A stretch of 51,601 bases of DNA, taken from an uncultured bacterium (GTDB lineage Bacteria; Fidelibacterota; Marinisomatia; Marinisomatales; UBA1611). Position 1 is the stretch's first letter. Each line of letters starts with the position of its first letter. The notes below the pieces were generated by a model that did no database searches, was not told the DNA's origin, and was given only the letters and a program-made list of their open reading frames with translations. The DNA lies in contig CAWVTW010000002.1 in assembly GCA_963933175.1 (NCBI GenBank), positions 1-51,601 of the forward strand, given 5' to 3'. Position numbers and translations under genes: made by a program. Below are positions 1-12,135 of the stretch, piece after piece.

Positions 1-14
1 ACACCTCTCAAAGC

Positions 15-956
15 GTGATGGAGCAGGTTGGATCAAATATAATCCACCATGTTTCAAATACTTATACCCCAATCCTAGAAAAATTTCATCCTATAGTCTA
101 TTTCCCAGATTTATTTGGGATAGAAAAGGGCCATGGTATGTATAATATTTTGTATTCCATGTCTGTAACTAAACATGTTTTTATGTTATGGATTGTAGCT
201 TTATTAGTTGGAATTGCTGTTATTATCCCTGTTAGAAAATTTTTATCCAGTAACAAGGCTGTACCCTCAGGATGGATGAATGGTATTGAAGCCATTGTTC
301 AATTCATTAGAGATTCCATTGTTAAGCCAAATGTAGGGCCAAAATGGGTCATGACTTGGACTCCGCTTGTTCTTACATTTTTCTTTTTCATTTTATTTGC
401 AAATGGGATTGGTATGATACCCATTTTTGATGTTTTAGGCGCATTTAACCGTTTTGTATTAGACGTACCAGCGTCAGACTCCCATAATATGATCAATAAT
501 ATTCTTCATGGTGGCGCGACAGCCACAGGAAACTTCAATGTAACAGCCGGATTGGCAACAATCACCTTTTTTTCAATCATGGTAGCGGGAACGATGGCTC
601 ACGGTTTTATTAATCATTGGAAAAATTTGGCGCCACACGGATTGGCATGGCCCATATATATAATTCTGATCCCTATTGAATTAATGGGCCTTTTTGTAAA
701 GCCATTTGCCCTAACCATGCGTTTGGCAGCCAACATGACAGGTGGGCATATTGCACTGTTGGCACTTTTATCTCTCATGGCCATTTTTGGCGAAATGTTT
801 CATAGTACAATCGCAGGAGTTGGAGTGGCATTTGTCGCCATCCCTATTGCTGTCGCTATTTCAGCACTCGAAATTATTGTCGTTCTTGTACAGGCATATG
901 TATTTACCTTACTTACATCTGTATTTGTTGGGATGGCAATTAATGTTCATCATTAA
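15..956 (+). CDS. atpB: F0F1 ATP synthase subunit a
   Basis: Polytopic membrane protein with the subunit-a signature MRLAANMTGGH. First gene of the atpBEFHAGDC order. GTG at 15 or ATG at 18. Confidence 0.92.
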   Translation: MMEQVGSNIIHHVSNTYTPILEKFHPIVYFPDLFGIEKGHGMYNILYSMSVTKHVFMLWIVALLVGIAVIIPVRKFLSSNKAVPSGWMNGIEAIVQFIRDSIVKPNVGPKWVMTWTPLVLTFFFFILFANGIGMIPIFDVLGAFNRFVLDVPASDSHNMINNILHGGATATGNFNVTAGLATITFFSIMVAGTMAHGFINHWKNLAPHGLAWPIYIILIPIELMGLFVKPFALTMRLAANMTGGHIALLALLSLMAIFGEMFHSTIAGVGVAFVAIPIAVAISALEIIVVLVQAYVFTLLTSVFVGMAINVHH

Positions 957-975
957 TAAAAAAAGGATATAAACA

Positions 976-1191
976 ATGGAAGCAACTGTATTTGTACCTA
1001 TAGGATTGGGGCTCACAGTCATTGGGGCAGCACTTGGAATTGGCCGTTTTGCAGCAGCAGCAGCAGAAGGTATCGCCCGTCAGCCGGAAGCCGCTGATAA
1101 GATCACGGGTGCCATTAACTTGCCACTCTTTCTTCTTGAAGGTGTTGCAATTCTCGCAGAAGTGTTCATTTTTTTAATGCTGATTCTTTAA
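976..1191 (+). CDS. atpE: F0F1 ATP synthase subunit c
   Basis: 71-aa helical hairpin with the ARQPEA loop and a carboxylate in LLEGVAI. Confidence 0.93.
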   Translation: MEATVFVPIGLGLTVIGAALGIGRFAAAAAEGIARQPEAADKITGAINLPLFLLEGVAILAEVFIFLMLIL

Positions 1192-1210
1192 TCAAAAACT
1201 GTAAATAATT

Positions 1211-1786
1211 ATGGATCAAATTTGGGGAATTCCCGGAGGTGATGATTTCCATGAGTCCACAGAGGTTCATGGGAGTGCGAATACTCCGAACCCGTTAGTC
1301 CAATTAGATCCGGGTCTGTTCATTTGGACGATCCTGACTTTTTTGATTCTGTTCTATGTTTTGGCAAAGTTTGCCTGGAAGCCCCTGCTTACTGCATTGG
1401 AATCCAGGGAAAATATCATCAAATCTTCATTGGAAGATGCTGAAAAAGCCAAAACAGAATTAGAACGGCTCAACGCAGAATCTGAAGAGATAATGGCTAA
1501 AGCCCGGTCTGAAGCTCAAACTATTCGTGTAGAAGCGAAATCAGCAGCTGAAAAGATCAAGGCTGATGTTATGGTTCAAGCAGGCGAAGATGCGAAAAAA
1601 ATTCGTGATGAAGCCCAAAACCAGATCAAAGTTGAAAAGGACAAAGCCATAAGTGAAATTCGCCAAGAAGTGGTGAGTTTAACAATGATGGTAGCCGAAA
1701 AGGTAATAAAAAGGAATCTATCTAAAGAAGATAATCAATCGTTGATTGATGACTCACTTCAACATCTAAAAGGCAATGGCGCTTAA
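1211..1786 (+). CDS. atpF: F0F1 ATP synthase subunit b, with about 35-aa N-terminal extension
   Basis: Single TM (FIWTILTFLILFYVLAKFAW) followed by a long charged helix. Position in the operon fits. Confidence 0.85.
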   Translation: MDQIWGIPGGDDFHESTEVHGSANTPNPLVQLDPGLFIWTILTFLILFYVLAKFAWKPLLTALESRENIIKSSLEDAEKAKTELERLNAESEEIMAKARSEAQTIRVEAKSAAEKIKADVMVQAGEDAKKIRDEAQNQIKVEKDKAISEIRQEVVSLTMMVAEKVIKRNLSKEDNQSLIDDSLQHLKGNGA

Positions 1787-2315
1787 ACAAAACGCAAAAC
1801 ATCTCGCTAAAGCACTTTATTCCGTCTCAGAACAAAATAAAGTTTTAGATTCTGTTCATAGTGCATTAAATACTGTGAATGATTTGGTGAAAATAAATTC
1901 CCAATTTCGGGCTTTTGTTCAATCCAAACGAATCAAGAGCGAAGAAAAGGTTTCTATCTTGAATAATGTGATGGGTGAAGTAGGTCATCCATTGGTTTCT
2001 GAAATTCTTTCTTTTTTAAAAGGGAATCAGGCTGTAAATATTTTTCGAGATGTGACCAGTTTATTTAATCGTCGTTATAATCATGGGAAAAATATTGTTT
2101 CTGTAAAAGGAACCGTGGCCAGTAGTATCACCGAAGATGAAAAATCTTCATTGAAATCATCTTTGGATTCGATACTTGGAAAAAATACAGACCTAGTCAT
2201 AAATGTTGATGAAGCTTTAATTGGTGGAATCAGACTTAGAATCGAAAATACATATCTGGACGCTTCAGTTCAGAGCCAATTGCAAACGCTTAGAGGTGAG
2301 TTGTTGCAATTGTAA
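1776..2315 (+). CDS. atpH: F0F1 ATP synthase subunit delta (OSCP)
   Basis: 179 aa. Overlaps atpF by 11 nt and lies between b and alpha. C-terminal LIGGIRLRIENTYLDASV is delta-like. Confidence 0.85.
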   Translation: MALKQNAKHLAKALYSVSEQNKVLDSVHSALNTVNDLVKINSQFRAFVQSKRIKSEEKVSILNNVMGEVGHPLVSEILSFLKGNQAVNIFRDVTSLFNRRYNHGKNIVSVKGTVASSITEDEKSSLKSSLDSILGKNTDLVINVDEALIGGIRLRIENTYLDASVQSQLQTLRGELLQL

Positions 2316-2329
2316 AAAATTAGGAAATC

Positions 2330-3856
2330 ATGGATATACATACTGATCAATTAACCCAGCTACTTCGCGAACAAATCGAAAAATTTGATGGTTCGGTTGA
2401 TGTTGCTGAGGTCGGAGAAGTGATTGCAGTGGGCGATGGTGTTGCTCGCGTCTCCGGTCTAGAAAATGTAATGAGTTCTGAATTAGTCGAATTACCGAAT
2501 GGTGTTTTCGGGATGGCATTGAATCTTGAAGAAGACAATGTGGGTCTCGTGTTGTTTGGTGAAACGCGGCTGGTGAAAGAGGGTGATTTAGCAAAACGGA
2601 CTGGCCGTGTTGTGGAAGTACCGGTAGGAAATGCAATGCTTGGCCGTGTTGTAAATCCATTGGGACAACCTATTGACGGAAAAGGTCCAATAGACACCCC
2701 CCACTCGCTTCCTATTGAAAGGAAAGCGTTGGGTGTTATGGCTCGTCAACCTGTAACAGAACCCTTGCAAACTGGTATCAAAGCTGTGGATAGTATGATC
2801 CCCATTGGCCGTGGTCAACGAGAACTGATTATTGGCGATCGTCAAACCGGGAAAACTGCTATTGCAATTGATGCTATCATCAATCAAAAATACACCCATA
2901 AAACAGATGATCCTGTTTATTGTATTTATGTGGCGATAGGACAAAAAGCATCAACCGTTGCTGCTCTTGTTCAAGAATTAGAAGCTAATGGTGCCATGGA
3001 ATACACAACTGTTGTGGCTGCAAATGCATCTGATCCGGCACCGACACAATACATAGCACCTTACTCAGGTGCAGCCATGGGCGAATATTTTCGTGACAGT
3101 GGTAAACATGCTTTAATCGTATATGACGATCTTTCAAAACAAGCTGTGGCTTATCGTCAAATGTCATTGGTTCTTCGTCGTCCACCGGGACGAGAAGCTT
3201 ACCCTGGTGACGTTTTTTATCTTCATAGTCGTTTATTAGAACGGGCATCCAAATTATCGGATGACTTGGGTGGTGGTTCCTTGACTGCATTACCCATTAT
3301 TGAAACGCAAGAAGGTGACGTATCTGCATACATTCCAACAAATGTGATTTCAATCACAGATGGACAGATTTATCTGGAAACAAACCTTTTTAATTCAGGG
3401 ATTCGTCCTGCGATTGATGTGGGGCTTTCAGTATCCCGTGTGGGTGGTAACGCACAGATCAAAGCTATGAAATCTGTTGCCGGTACCCTCCGTTTGGATC
3501 TGGCTCAATATCGTGAATTAGAAGCATTCGCAAAATTTGGTTCTGATTTGGATAAAGCAACCTTAGCCCAATTAACTCGGGGTGAACGGATGGTTGAGAT
3601 CCTTAAGCAGAATCAATATGTTCCCATGGATGTTGAAAAACAAGTTGCAATCATCTTTGCTGTTTCAAAGGGGCATTTGGATGATATTGATGTAAATCGA
3701 GTTTTGGAATTTGAAACTGGATTATTTGAATATCTTGAAGCAAATGCGGCAGATTCTCTCGCATCTATTGTGAAAGAAGGGAAAATTTCAGATGAATGTT
3801 CCCTGACTCTTGAAAAAGCGATTGTTGAATTTAAAGCGGGATTCAACGTGAATTAA
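2330..3856 (+). CDS. atpA: F0F1 ATP synthase subunit alpha
   Basis: Walker A GDRQTGKT; the highly conserved alpha sequence is recognisable throughout. Confidence 0.98.
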   Translation: MDIHTDQLTQLLREQIEKFDGSVDVAEVGEVIAVGDGVARVSGLENVMSSELVELPNGVFGMALNLEEDNVGLVLFGETRLVKEGDLAKRTGRVVEVPVGNAMLGRVVNPLGQPIDGKGPIDTPHSLPIERKALGVMARQPVTEPLQTGIKAVDSMIPIGRGQRELIIGDRQTGKTAIAIDAIINQKYTHKTDDPVYCIYVAIGQKASTVAALVQELEANGAMEYTTVVAANASDPAPTQYIAPYSGAAMGEYFRDSGKHALIVYDDLSKQAVAYRQMSLVLRRPPGREAYPGDVFYLHSRLLERASKLSDDLGGGSLTALPIIETQEGDVSAYIPTNVISITDGQIYLETNLFNSGIRPAIDVGLSVSRVGGNAQIKAMKSVAGTLRLDLAQYRELEAFAKFGSDLDKATLAQLTRGERMVEILKQNQYVPMDVEKQVAIIFAVSKGHLDDIDVNRVLEFETGLFEYLEANAADSLASIVKEGKISDECSLTLEKAIVEFKAGFNVN

Positions 3857-3859
3857 TTA

Positions 3860-4711
3860 ATGGCAAATCTTAAGGACATTCGTGACCGTATAAAATCGGT
3901 GAAAAGCATCCAACAAGTAACTAAAGCTATGAAAATGGTGTCAGCTGCAAAAATGCGTCGTGCTCAGGAACGAATGGAACAATCACGACCTTATAGTAAT
4001 TCATTGACAGACGTGATTCACCATTTGTTACCGGATGTGGATCGGGATATGCTTCCACTTTTGGATGTTCGGGAGGTCAAGCGAAAAGCCTATGTGGTTG
4101 TTTCTGCTGACCGTGGACTTGCCGGTGCATTCAATACTAATTTGCTGAAAATTGCCCAAAATGAAATTGATTCTTTTGGTAAAGAAAATGTGGATCTGTT
4201 CTGTATCGGGAAAAAAGCCAGGGATCATTTCAAGCGCCGCGAATACACTATTATTACAAGTCATGTTGATTTCTGGGCCGAAATGGAATATGACAGCGCC
4301 ATGATTATAGGTCGCAGCATCATAGACCATTTCACCAGCGGCAAGGTGGACGAGATTCACGTGGTGTACAATTACTTTATTAATGTTGGGAAGCAGGAAG
4401 TGAGATCAGAAGTGTTGCTACCTCTTATCTATGAAGAAAGTAGCAGTATCCCTCAAGATCGCTTATACGAACCATCCAAGGAAGAATTAGTATTATCTTT
4501 AATACCTCGACATCTGAATGTTCAGATGTGGAAATATTTACTTGAATCATATGCCAGTGAACAGGCAGCTAGAATGTTGGCTATGGAAAATGCCACTTCA
4601 AATGCCCAAGATATGATCAAGGACCTTACATTACAATTCAATAAAGCTCGTCAAGCTACAATTACGACAGAAATGCTGGAAATTGTCGGTGGCGCCGAAG
4701 CTTTAGGTTAA
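3860..4711 (+). CDS. atpG: F0F1 ATP synthase subunit gamma
   Basis: N-terminal IKSVKSIQQVTKAMKMVSAAKMRRAQ and C-terminal ITTEMLEIVGGAEAL gamma helices. Confidence 0.95.
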   Translation: MANLKDIRDRIKSVKSIQQVTKAMKMVSAAKMRRAQERMEQSRPYSNSLTDVIHHLLPDVDRDMLPLLDVREVKRKAYVVVSADRGLAGAFNTNLLKIAQNEIDSFGKENVDLFCIGKKARDHFKRREYTIITSHVDFWAEMEYDSAMIIGRSIIDHFTSGKVDEIHVVYNYFINVGKQEVRSEVLLPLIYEESSSIPQDRLYEPSKEELVLSLIPRHLNVQMWKYLLESYASEQAARMLAMENATSNAQDMIKDLTLQFNKARQATITTEMLEIVGGAEALG

Positions 4712-6129
<1,418 letters not shown>

Positions 6130-6130
<1 letters not shown>

Positions 6131-6528
6131 TGAGCAATTTCAATCTTGAAATTGTAACACCAATCCGCGAACTGGACGAAGGACAAGTGAGCTATGTTCG
6201 CTGTCCCGGACTGGATGGTTCATTCGGCGTAATGGCAAACCATCGTGAAGGGATCATTGCATTGGCGGTTGGAGAGATCAAAGTCACGCGAGATGGCAAA
6301 GATGTATTCTTGGCCACAAGTGGCGGTTTTTCAGAAATCATGAAAGACAAAGTTAAACTGTTGGTTGAATCCGTGGAGACGGCATCCGAAATTGACGCTG
6401 ATCGCGCCGAAAAATCTTTAGAACGGGCGACTCAACGCAAATCTGAACAAGATTCAGAAATGGATGATGCTCGTATAGAAGCATCCTTGATGCGGGCCAT
6501 TAATCGTTTACGAGTTTCAAAAAGATAA
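6130..6528 (+). CDS. atpC: F0F1 ATP synthase subunit epsilon
   Basis: 132 aa. 1-nt overlap with the atpD stop. Beta-sandwich plus helical-hairpin pattern. Confidence 0.9.
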
Positions 6529-6556
6529 TTTTTCGAAAAAATGAAATTTTAAACAG

Positions 6557-6596
6557 AAAACTCGAAACGGTTATTGTTTCGAGTTTTTTGTTTTTG
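6557..6596 (+). terminator. Rho-independent terminator of the atp operon
   Basis: Perfect 12-bp stem aaaactcgaaac / gtttcgagtttt, 7-nt loop, then a T-run. Confidence 0.85.
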
Positions 6597-6629
6597 AACT
6601 AATTAATAAAAAACCTGATAAATTAAGAT

Positions 6630-8387
6630 ATGTTTAAACGGACACATACAAACGGCGAATTACGAAAATCCCACAGTGGGAAATCTGTTAACCTAAACGG
6701 CTGGGTGAATACAGTTCGCCTCCATGGACAGGTGGTTTTTGTGGATCTCCGGGACCGTTACGGTAAAACGCAAATTATTTTTGATGCTGATTCTTTTACC
6801 GGTGATTTTGAAGCGGTGAAAAAATTGTCTATGGAAGATGTCTTGTCTCTCCGGGGAACAGTGAAAGATCGGGCTGAATCGGCAATAAACCCAAATATGG
6901 AAACCGGTGAAATCGAAGTCGCCGTTACGGAATATATTATGCTGAATGAAGCGGCGCCGTTGCCGTTTGTATTGTCAGACAGGGACAGTGCTGAAGAAAA
7001 CCTTCGCTTAAAGTATCGCTATCTTGAACTTCGGATGGAAGAACTCCAGCGGAATATGCTGATTCGTCATGACACCTATCAAGCCGTTCGCGGATATTTG
7101 TCCGGTCAAGATTTTGTAGAAATAGAAACGCCGATTTTAATGAAATCCACACCGGAAGGCGCTCGGGACTATTTGGTTCCCAGTCGGATTCATCCGGGAA
7201 AATTTTACGCACTGCCCCAATCACCCCAGATCTATAAACAGATCCTTATGATCGCTAATTATGACCGCTATTTCCAAATCGTAAAATGTTTTCGGGATGA
7301 AGATCTTCGGGCAGACCGCCAGCCGGAATTCACCCAAATTGATATCGAAATGTCTTTTATAGATGAAGAAGACATTTTTGCTCAGATGGAAGGGTTGACC
7401 TGTCATGTTTTTAAATCGGTACGTGGTGTTGATCTACCCAATCCTTTCCCAAGATTAACATATGCTGAAGCCATGGAAATCTATGGTTCCGATAAACCGG
7501 ATCTTCGTTATGGCATGAAACTTCAAGATGTGAAAGACTTCACAGATGCTTCAGACTTTAATGCCTTCAAATCTGCTGAAAAAGTGAAAGGCATTGTGGT
7601 GGAAGGCGGTGCTAAATATTCACGAAAGAATATTGATGAATTCACAGATTTCGTTAAAAAATACAAGGCCAAAGGCCTGGCGTGGATGAAAGGGGAAAAT
7701 GGGGCGTTTACCGGCGGAATATCAAAATTTTTCTCTGATGATCTCCAAGAAACCATGTGTGAAATATTGGGTGTGAATGATGGTGACATTTTATTCATGA
7801 TTGGCGATAATTCATCCGTTACTCTGAATGCTTTAGGCCAGCTCCGTGTGGCAATTGCCAAACGTGAAGCGTTAACAAACAAAGATGATTTTAAGCCGGT
7901 TTGGGTGACAGAATTCCCCATGTTCGAATATGATGAAGGCGCAGACCGATTTATTGCTATGCACCATCCATTCACCGCACCAAGAGAAGAAGATGTTGAT
8001 ATGCTGGATTCGGATCCATCCAACACTTTGAGTCGTGGCTATGATTTAACCTTAAATGGATATGAGATTGCCGGTGGCTCTATTCGAATTCATTCACCAA
8101 AAGTTCAAGAAAAAGTATTCTCTTTATTAGGATTAAGCCGTGAAGAGGCGGTTGAAAAATTTGGCTTTTTAGTAGAAGCCTTGACTTATGGTGCGCCACC
8201 CCACGGCGGAATTGCATTTGGCTTTGATCGCTTGGTAATGCTTTTAGCAGGAACAGAAAATATCCGTGACGTGATTGCGTTCCCCAAAACAACTTCAGCA
8301 ACATCTCTCATGGATAGAAGCCCCAGTAATGTATCAAAAGAACAGTTGGATGAGTTGGGGATTCAAATCAAAAAATCTAAAAAATAA
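6630..8387 (+). CDS. aspS: Aspartate--tRNA ligase
   Basis: Class II motifs FRDEDLRADRQPEFTQID, GGSIRIH and GFDRLVM. Bacterial-type 585-aa length. Confidence 0.97.
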   Translation: MFKRTHTNGELRKSHSGKSVNLNGWVNTVRLHGQVVFVDLRDRYGKTQIIFDADSFTGDFEAVKKLSMEDVLSLRGTVKDRAESAINPNMETGEIEVAVTEYIMLNEAAPLPFVLSDRDSAEENLRLKYRYLELRMEELQRNMLIRHDTYQAVRGYLSGQDFVEIETPILMKSTPEGARDYLVPSRIHPGKFYALPQSPQIYKQILMIANYDRYFQIVKCFRDEDLRADRQPEFTQIDIEMSFIDEEDIFAQMEGLTCHVFKSVRGVDLPNPFPRLTYAEAMEIYGSDKPDLRYGMKLQDVKDFTDASDFNAFKSAEKVKGIVVEGGAKYSRKNIDEFTDFVKKYKAKGLAWMKGENGAFTGGISKFFSDDLQETMCEILGVNDGDILFMIGDNSSVTLNALGQLRVAIAKREALTNKDDFKPVWVTEFPMFEYDEGADRFIAMHHPFTAPREEDVDMLDSDPSNTLSRGYDLTLNGYEIAGGSIRIHSPKVQEKVFSLLGLSREEAVEKFGFLVEALTYGAPPHGGIAFGFDRLVMLLAGTENIRDVIAFPKTTSATSLMDRSPSNVSKEQLDELGIQIKKSKK

Positions 8388-8708
8388 TATATTCTGTTGG
8401 CTTTTGCGAAACGGTTTTCTATTACCATTCTCATAATTAATTCTTTTCATTATAAAAACATCCAATACCGGTTATAGCCAAAGCCGGAGCGATAATGAAA
8501 TTGATTAACGATAAAAATTGCTATTGCCAATATTCTGAAACAGGTACGCTCAATATGAATTTTAATAAAAGGAAAGGTTGGCTTGAGTATTAAACTCAAA
8601 AATAAAATGCGTACCAACAATCTTCCTACCCAAAGTGAAGTCTAGGAGTAGGATAAAAGCAGAATTTCTATACCGAGTGGATATGAATTTATAAAGGAAT
8701 TTAGATAA

Positions 8709-9329
8709 TTATTGAAACAACTTCCTCATCTGATTCACCCCATTCCTAACACAGATTTCCATGGCACGGTGGAGTTCAAGACTGCTGTACCAATAGGAAT
8801 TGGACCACACCAATGCATCGGAATCTGCATCAATCATTTTGAGCATAATTCCGACTCTGGCACTTGTATAATTCACTTTACTCCCAGAAGACATGGCACC
8901 ACCATCAGTTTTGGTAGTTGTGGAAGATGATGTTTTTGCATTATTAGTTTCTGCATCAGCTGCAGCAGATTGACTCACGGTTGTGGTGGTAGAACCATGG
9001 TCTTCGTATCGATAGGGAACAATGATTATTTCTGAATCAGTGAATTCCGTAATAATGCAAGAGAGTTCAAGGGTTTTTCCTCCATGTCCAAGTGTTATTG
9101 TGGGAAAATCACTTGATAATTCATTTACATTAAATCCATATTTCAGGAAACTATGGGAAAGACTAGTTTCAACCATTTCACCAGAGCCGGAAATATAGGC
9201 ATGATCATTAACTGGGATAATTTTAATGAAACTCACCGTGGTAAAATCATAATTCTCATTTACAGCGGGGCCGTTCCAGCAGGAAGCAAATAAGAAAATT
9301 ATTGAAATAGAAAGAAATGGTTTTATCAT
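8709..9329 (-). CDS. Hypothetical lipoprotein with internal Ser/Thr-rich linker
   Basis: Lipobox-like LFASC. 4-nt overlap with the upstream ORF. No family recognised with certainty. Confidence 0.6.
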   Translation of the reverse strand: MIKPFLSISIIFLFASCWNGPAVNENYDFTTVSFIKIIPVNDHAYISGSGEMVETSLSHSFLKYGFNVNELSSDFPTITLGHGGKTLELSCIITEFTDSEIIIVPYRYEDHGSTTTTVSQSAAADAETNNAKTSSSTTTKTDGGAMSSGSKVNYTSARVGIMLKMIDADSDALVWSNSYWYSSLELHRAMEICVRNGVNQMRKLFQ

Positions 9330-9628
9330 TCAAGGCTCAAGCTTTGGATGTGCACCTTGGCTTCGCTACTTAAAATTTCATTTTTAGAATATTTTAAGCA
9401 ATATTGCCATGCTATCAATGCGTGATTGGGTTCATCCAAGGCTTCATGAAGCAAAGCTTTCATGCGATAGATATCTGGATTGGTCATATCAGTTTGTTGA
9501 GAAACAGAAATATGGCCTAAAGCTTCCTTGTACATCCCAGCTTTCATTGCAGCGGATGCCTTGGATAGGGCATCATTTGAGCCTGCGAACAATAGTCCGG
9601 ATAAAATAAAAATTCTTAATATTTTCAT
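9326..9628 (-). CDS. Small secreted helical (TPR-like) protein
   Basis: Signal peptide MKILRIFILSGLLFAGS. ATGA overlaps on both sides. Confidence 0.55.
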   Translation of the reverse strand: MKILRIFILSGLLFAGSNDALSKASAAMKAGMYKEALGHISVSQQTDMTNPDIYRMKALLHEALDEPNHALIAWQYCLKYSKNEILSSEAKVHIQSLSLE

Positions 9629-10056
9629 GATGATTGTGCCTCATTTGAAAGTTGATGAATGGCACGTAATACATCTCGTCGGCTGATTTGTCCCACCAGT
9701 TTATCTCCTTCTAAGATGGGGAATCTTCTAAACCGGGATTTCATGAAACTATCAGCCACATTTGAAAGGGTATCATTCACGTCAATGGTAGTAACATCTG
9801 TGGACATATATTCTTTCACATATCCACCAAGATTGTTGTAATAGGAGGCTTCTATGAGAGTTCTCATACAATCTTTCTCAGAAAGGACCCCTACCAACTT
9901 ACCTGCAACATTTACAACAGGTGCCCCGGATATTTTATGGGTTAAAAAAGATTCAATGGCTGTTTCAATTGGCGTATCAGGAGAGAAAGTTATAAGGTTG
10001 GTAGCCATAAATTTATGAATAGTATAATGTATATTCATTTGAGAGTTCCTTGTCAA
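9625..10056 (-). CDS. CBS-domain pair protein
   Basis: Two CBS-like repeats (ISGAPVV...GVLSEKD and FRRFPILEGDKLVGQISRRDVL). The start could be an internal Met. Confidence 0.8.
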   Translation of the reverse strand: MTRNSQMNIHYTIHKFMATNLITFSPDTPIETAIESFLTHKISGAPVVNVAGKLVGVLSEKDCMRTLIEASYYNNLGGYVKEYMSTDVTTIDVNDTLSNVADSFMKSRFRRFPILEGDKLVGQISRRDVLRAIHQLSNEAQSS

Positions 10057-10225
10057 GTTTAATTGAAATTAGAGCCATCAAGACCATAAAACAACCAGAT
10101 GAGTAAATTGTTTCAGTCACTCATTTGTTTATTATCTTTATCGAAATGATCGTGGAATTAATAATCTATTTTCCATCTTTTTAAAAGAAATTTTTCCGAT
10201 CTTCATTCCATAAATGTGCGATATA

Positions 10226-11089
10226 TTATTCAAACAAAGAAGATTCTTTAGAAAGGAGCCATCGAGCCCGATCCTGATAAAATAAGTTTTCTGCTATAAC
10301 ATCGGGGTTGGCTGAAAAATCAGCCTTTACTACATCAGTGAGCATTGTATGGAACTGCTCCCGATTTCCTGCTTTTTGGTGATAGAATTCTGCCATATGA
10401 ACCGCGTTGCCGAGGTAATCCGGATTAGCAGAAAGTGCCTGATTAAAATAGGTTTCTGATTGGGATAGTTCTATCCCAGGAATTCGAGTATAAAGAGACC
10501 CAAAGAACCGATATGGGCCGCTATAAAAAAATCCTGGTTCCAATGACAAGGTTCGATGCATCAAAACCTCTAATATTTCCCGATGGTTTAATCGTTCGAT
10601 TACGGGCCTTGTATTTAGATACCGTGCCAAATTTGTGGCCCACCAGAATAAACCAGGAACAACCGAAATAGGTACATCTGCCAATGCAGTAAGCATTTTA
10701 AAGGTACTGTCACCTTGAGTGTTTTTATAGATCACAGAAAAATCCTGATGATTTAATACTGCCTCCTGACAAAGTTGGCTTGCCTGTAAAAATAAACTGT
10801 TCTGTGTTTCACCATCTTTTTCAAAAAATAATCCACGGGTGTACAGAATTTGTGCATATAAAATAGCGATATCGAATTGACCGGGACGCTGTTGACAGGC
10901 AAGACTGATAAAATGTTCAGCTTTTTTCAGGGTTAAAGAGTCTGATCGCTGTTGCCAAAAAAATATCCCTTGCTCAATCAGAAATTCTACATTCTGAGTT
11001 TTGGCAATCGAATCTTGCTGGGTGCCGGCACAATCCAGTAAAAAGAATCCTGCAAATAGGATAGGGAATAGGATGTATTTTTGTTTCAA
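10226..11089 (-). CDS. TatT-like TPR lipoprotein (TRAP transporter TatT component family)
   Basis: Lipobox LLDC. The C-terminal ...QDRARWLLSKESSLFE resembles the TatT-family terminus. Confidence 0.6.
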   Translation of the reverse strand: MKQKYILFPILFAGFFLLDCAGTQQDSIAKTQNVEFLIEQGIFFWQQRSDSLTLKKAEHFISLACQQRPGQFDIAILYAQILYTRGLFFEKDGETQNSLFLQASQLCQEAVLNHQDFSVIYKNTQGDSTFKMLTALADVPISVVPGLFWWATNLARYLNTRPVIERLNHREILEVLMHRTLSLEPGFFYSGPYRFFGSLYTRIPGIELSQSETYFNQALSANPDYLGNAVHMAEFYHQKAGNREQFHTMLTDVVKADFSANPDVIAENLFYQDRARWLLSKESSLFE

Positions 11090-11148
11090 GTTATGAAGGA
11101 TCCTTTAGCCTAAATTTTGATGGATGAAATTACAGTCTACATTGGAAT

Positions 11149-12114
11149 ATGGAAAAGGTCATTGAACTAAAAACGCTTGAGCCTACAGCGTTGCTAGGTG
11201 TGGCTGATACCCATATAAAACTCATTGAAGCAGCTATTCCTGCAACCATCATTGCCCGAGGTGAAACGATCAAGATTCAGGGAGAAAATTCCGATGTTGA
11301 ACATATCCATGAAATTCTTCATGAGATGATGGAAACCCTTTCAGGAAAAGGTAGTCTTACCGTAAGAGATGTGCAAAACCTTATTGCTCTTGTTACCTCG
11401 AAAAAAGAAAAATCAAATGGTGAAATACACGTACCGGGAATTGTGATCCATTATGGTAAAAAAGGTGCAATAGTACCGAGAACAAAGGGTCAGGAAGCTT
11501 ATGTGAAAACAGTTCGAAAAAATGATGTAGTTTTCAGCATTGGTCCTGCAGGTACCGGAAAAACGTTTCTTGCTGTGGCTTTTGCAGTGGCGGCATTGGA
11601 AAACCATGAGGTGGATCGAATCATTCTGTGTAGACCAGCTGTTGAAGCAGGAGAAAACCTAGGTTTTCTCCCTGGCGATTTAAAGGAAAAAGTTGATCCT
11701 TATTTAGCTCCTTTATATGATTCACTCCGAAGGATGCTTCCTGAAAATAAATTAAAAAAACTTTTTGAACAAAAGGCTATAGAAGTTATTCCCCTAGCGT
11801 ATATGCGGGGCAGGACATTGGATAGCGCCTACATGATTCTGGATGAAGCGCAAAACGCCACCGTGATGCAAATGAAAATGTTTCTCACTAGACTTGGCAT
11901 TGGTTCCAGAGCCATTGTAACTGGAGATATCACACAAATTGATCTCAAAAGACGAACTGATTCGGGATTGGTTCAAGTTTCGGATATCTTGAAAAAGGTA
12001 GAAGGTATCGGATTTGCCACCTTAGATCGTAATGATGTGGTACGACATTCGCTTGTAATGAAAATAATCCAGGCTTATGACGAAAATTCTTGCATTAAGA
12101 AAAATATAGAATAA
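11149..12114 (+). CDS. phoH: PhoH-family ATPase
   Basis: Walker A GPAGTGKTFLAVA and ILDEAQN Walker B-like motif. Typical 321-aa length. Confidence 0.93.
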   Translation: MEKVIELKTLEPTALLGVADTHIKLIEAAIPATIIARGETIKIQGENSDVEHIHEILHEMMETLSGKGSLTVRDVQNLIALVTSKKEKSNGEIHVPGIVIHYGKKGAIVPRTKGQEAYVKTVRKNDVVFSIGPAGTGKTFLAVAFAVAALENHEVDRIILCRPAVEAGENLGFLPGDLKEKVDPYLAPLYDSLRRMLPENKLKKLFEQKAIEVIPLAYMRGRTLDSAYMILDEAQNATVMQMKMFLTRLGIGSRAIVTGDITQIDLKRRTDSGLVQVSDILKKVEGIGFATLDRNDVVRHSLVMKIIQAYDENSCIKKNIE

Positions 12115-12135
12115 TTAAAATAATAGAGGTTTTCT

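Noticed and set aside
976-1191. Possibility of a Na+-translocating c-ring.
   Set aside because: Aligned by eye to the Ilyobacter c subunit, the Gln32 position is Ile and the residue after the carboxylate is Gly rather than Ser/Thr. This looks like an ordinary proton-type c subunit.
2328-2944. Three minus-strand ORFs (110, 116 and 118 aa) inside the atpA region.
   Set aside because: They are antisense to an unmistakable ATP synthase alpha gene. Their translations are low-complexity (Pro/Ser/His-rich), as is typical of shadow ORFs.
7523-8026. 167-aa minus-strand ORF inside aspS.
   Set aside because: It is antisense to a well-supported aspartyl-tRNA synthetase gene. The Ser-rich translation has no motifs.
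8388-8708. 320-bp gap after aspS, checked for an ncRNA or small genes. It contains a 32-aa ATG ORF (MKLINDKNCYC...) and a hydrophobic minus-strand frame of about 56 aa that needs a TTG start (roughly 8450-8620).
   Set aside because: There is no recognisable RNA family and only short weak hairpins. The small ORFs have no coupling, no strong start signals and no support other than being open.
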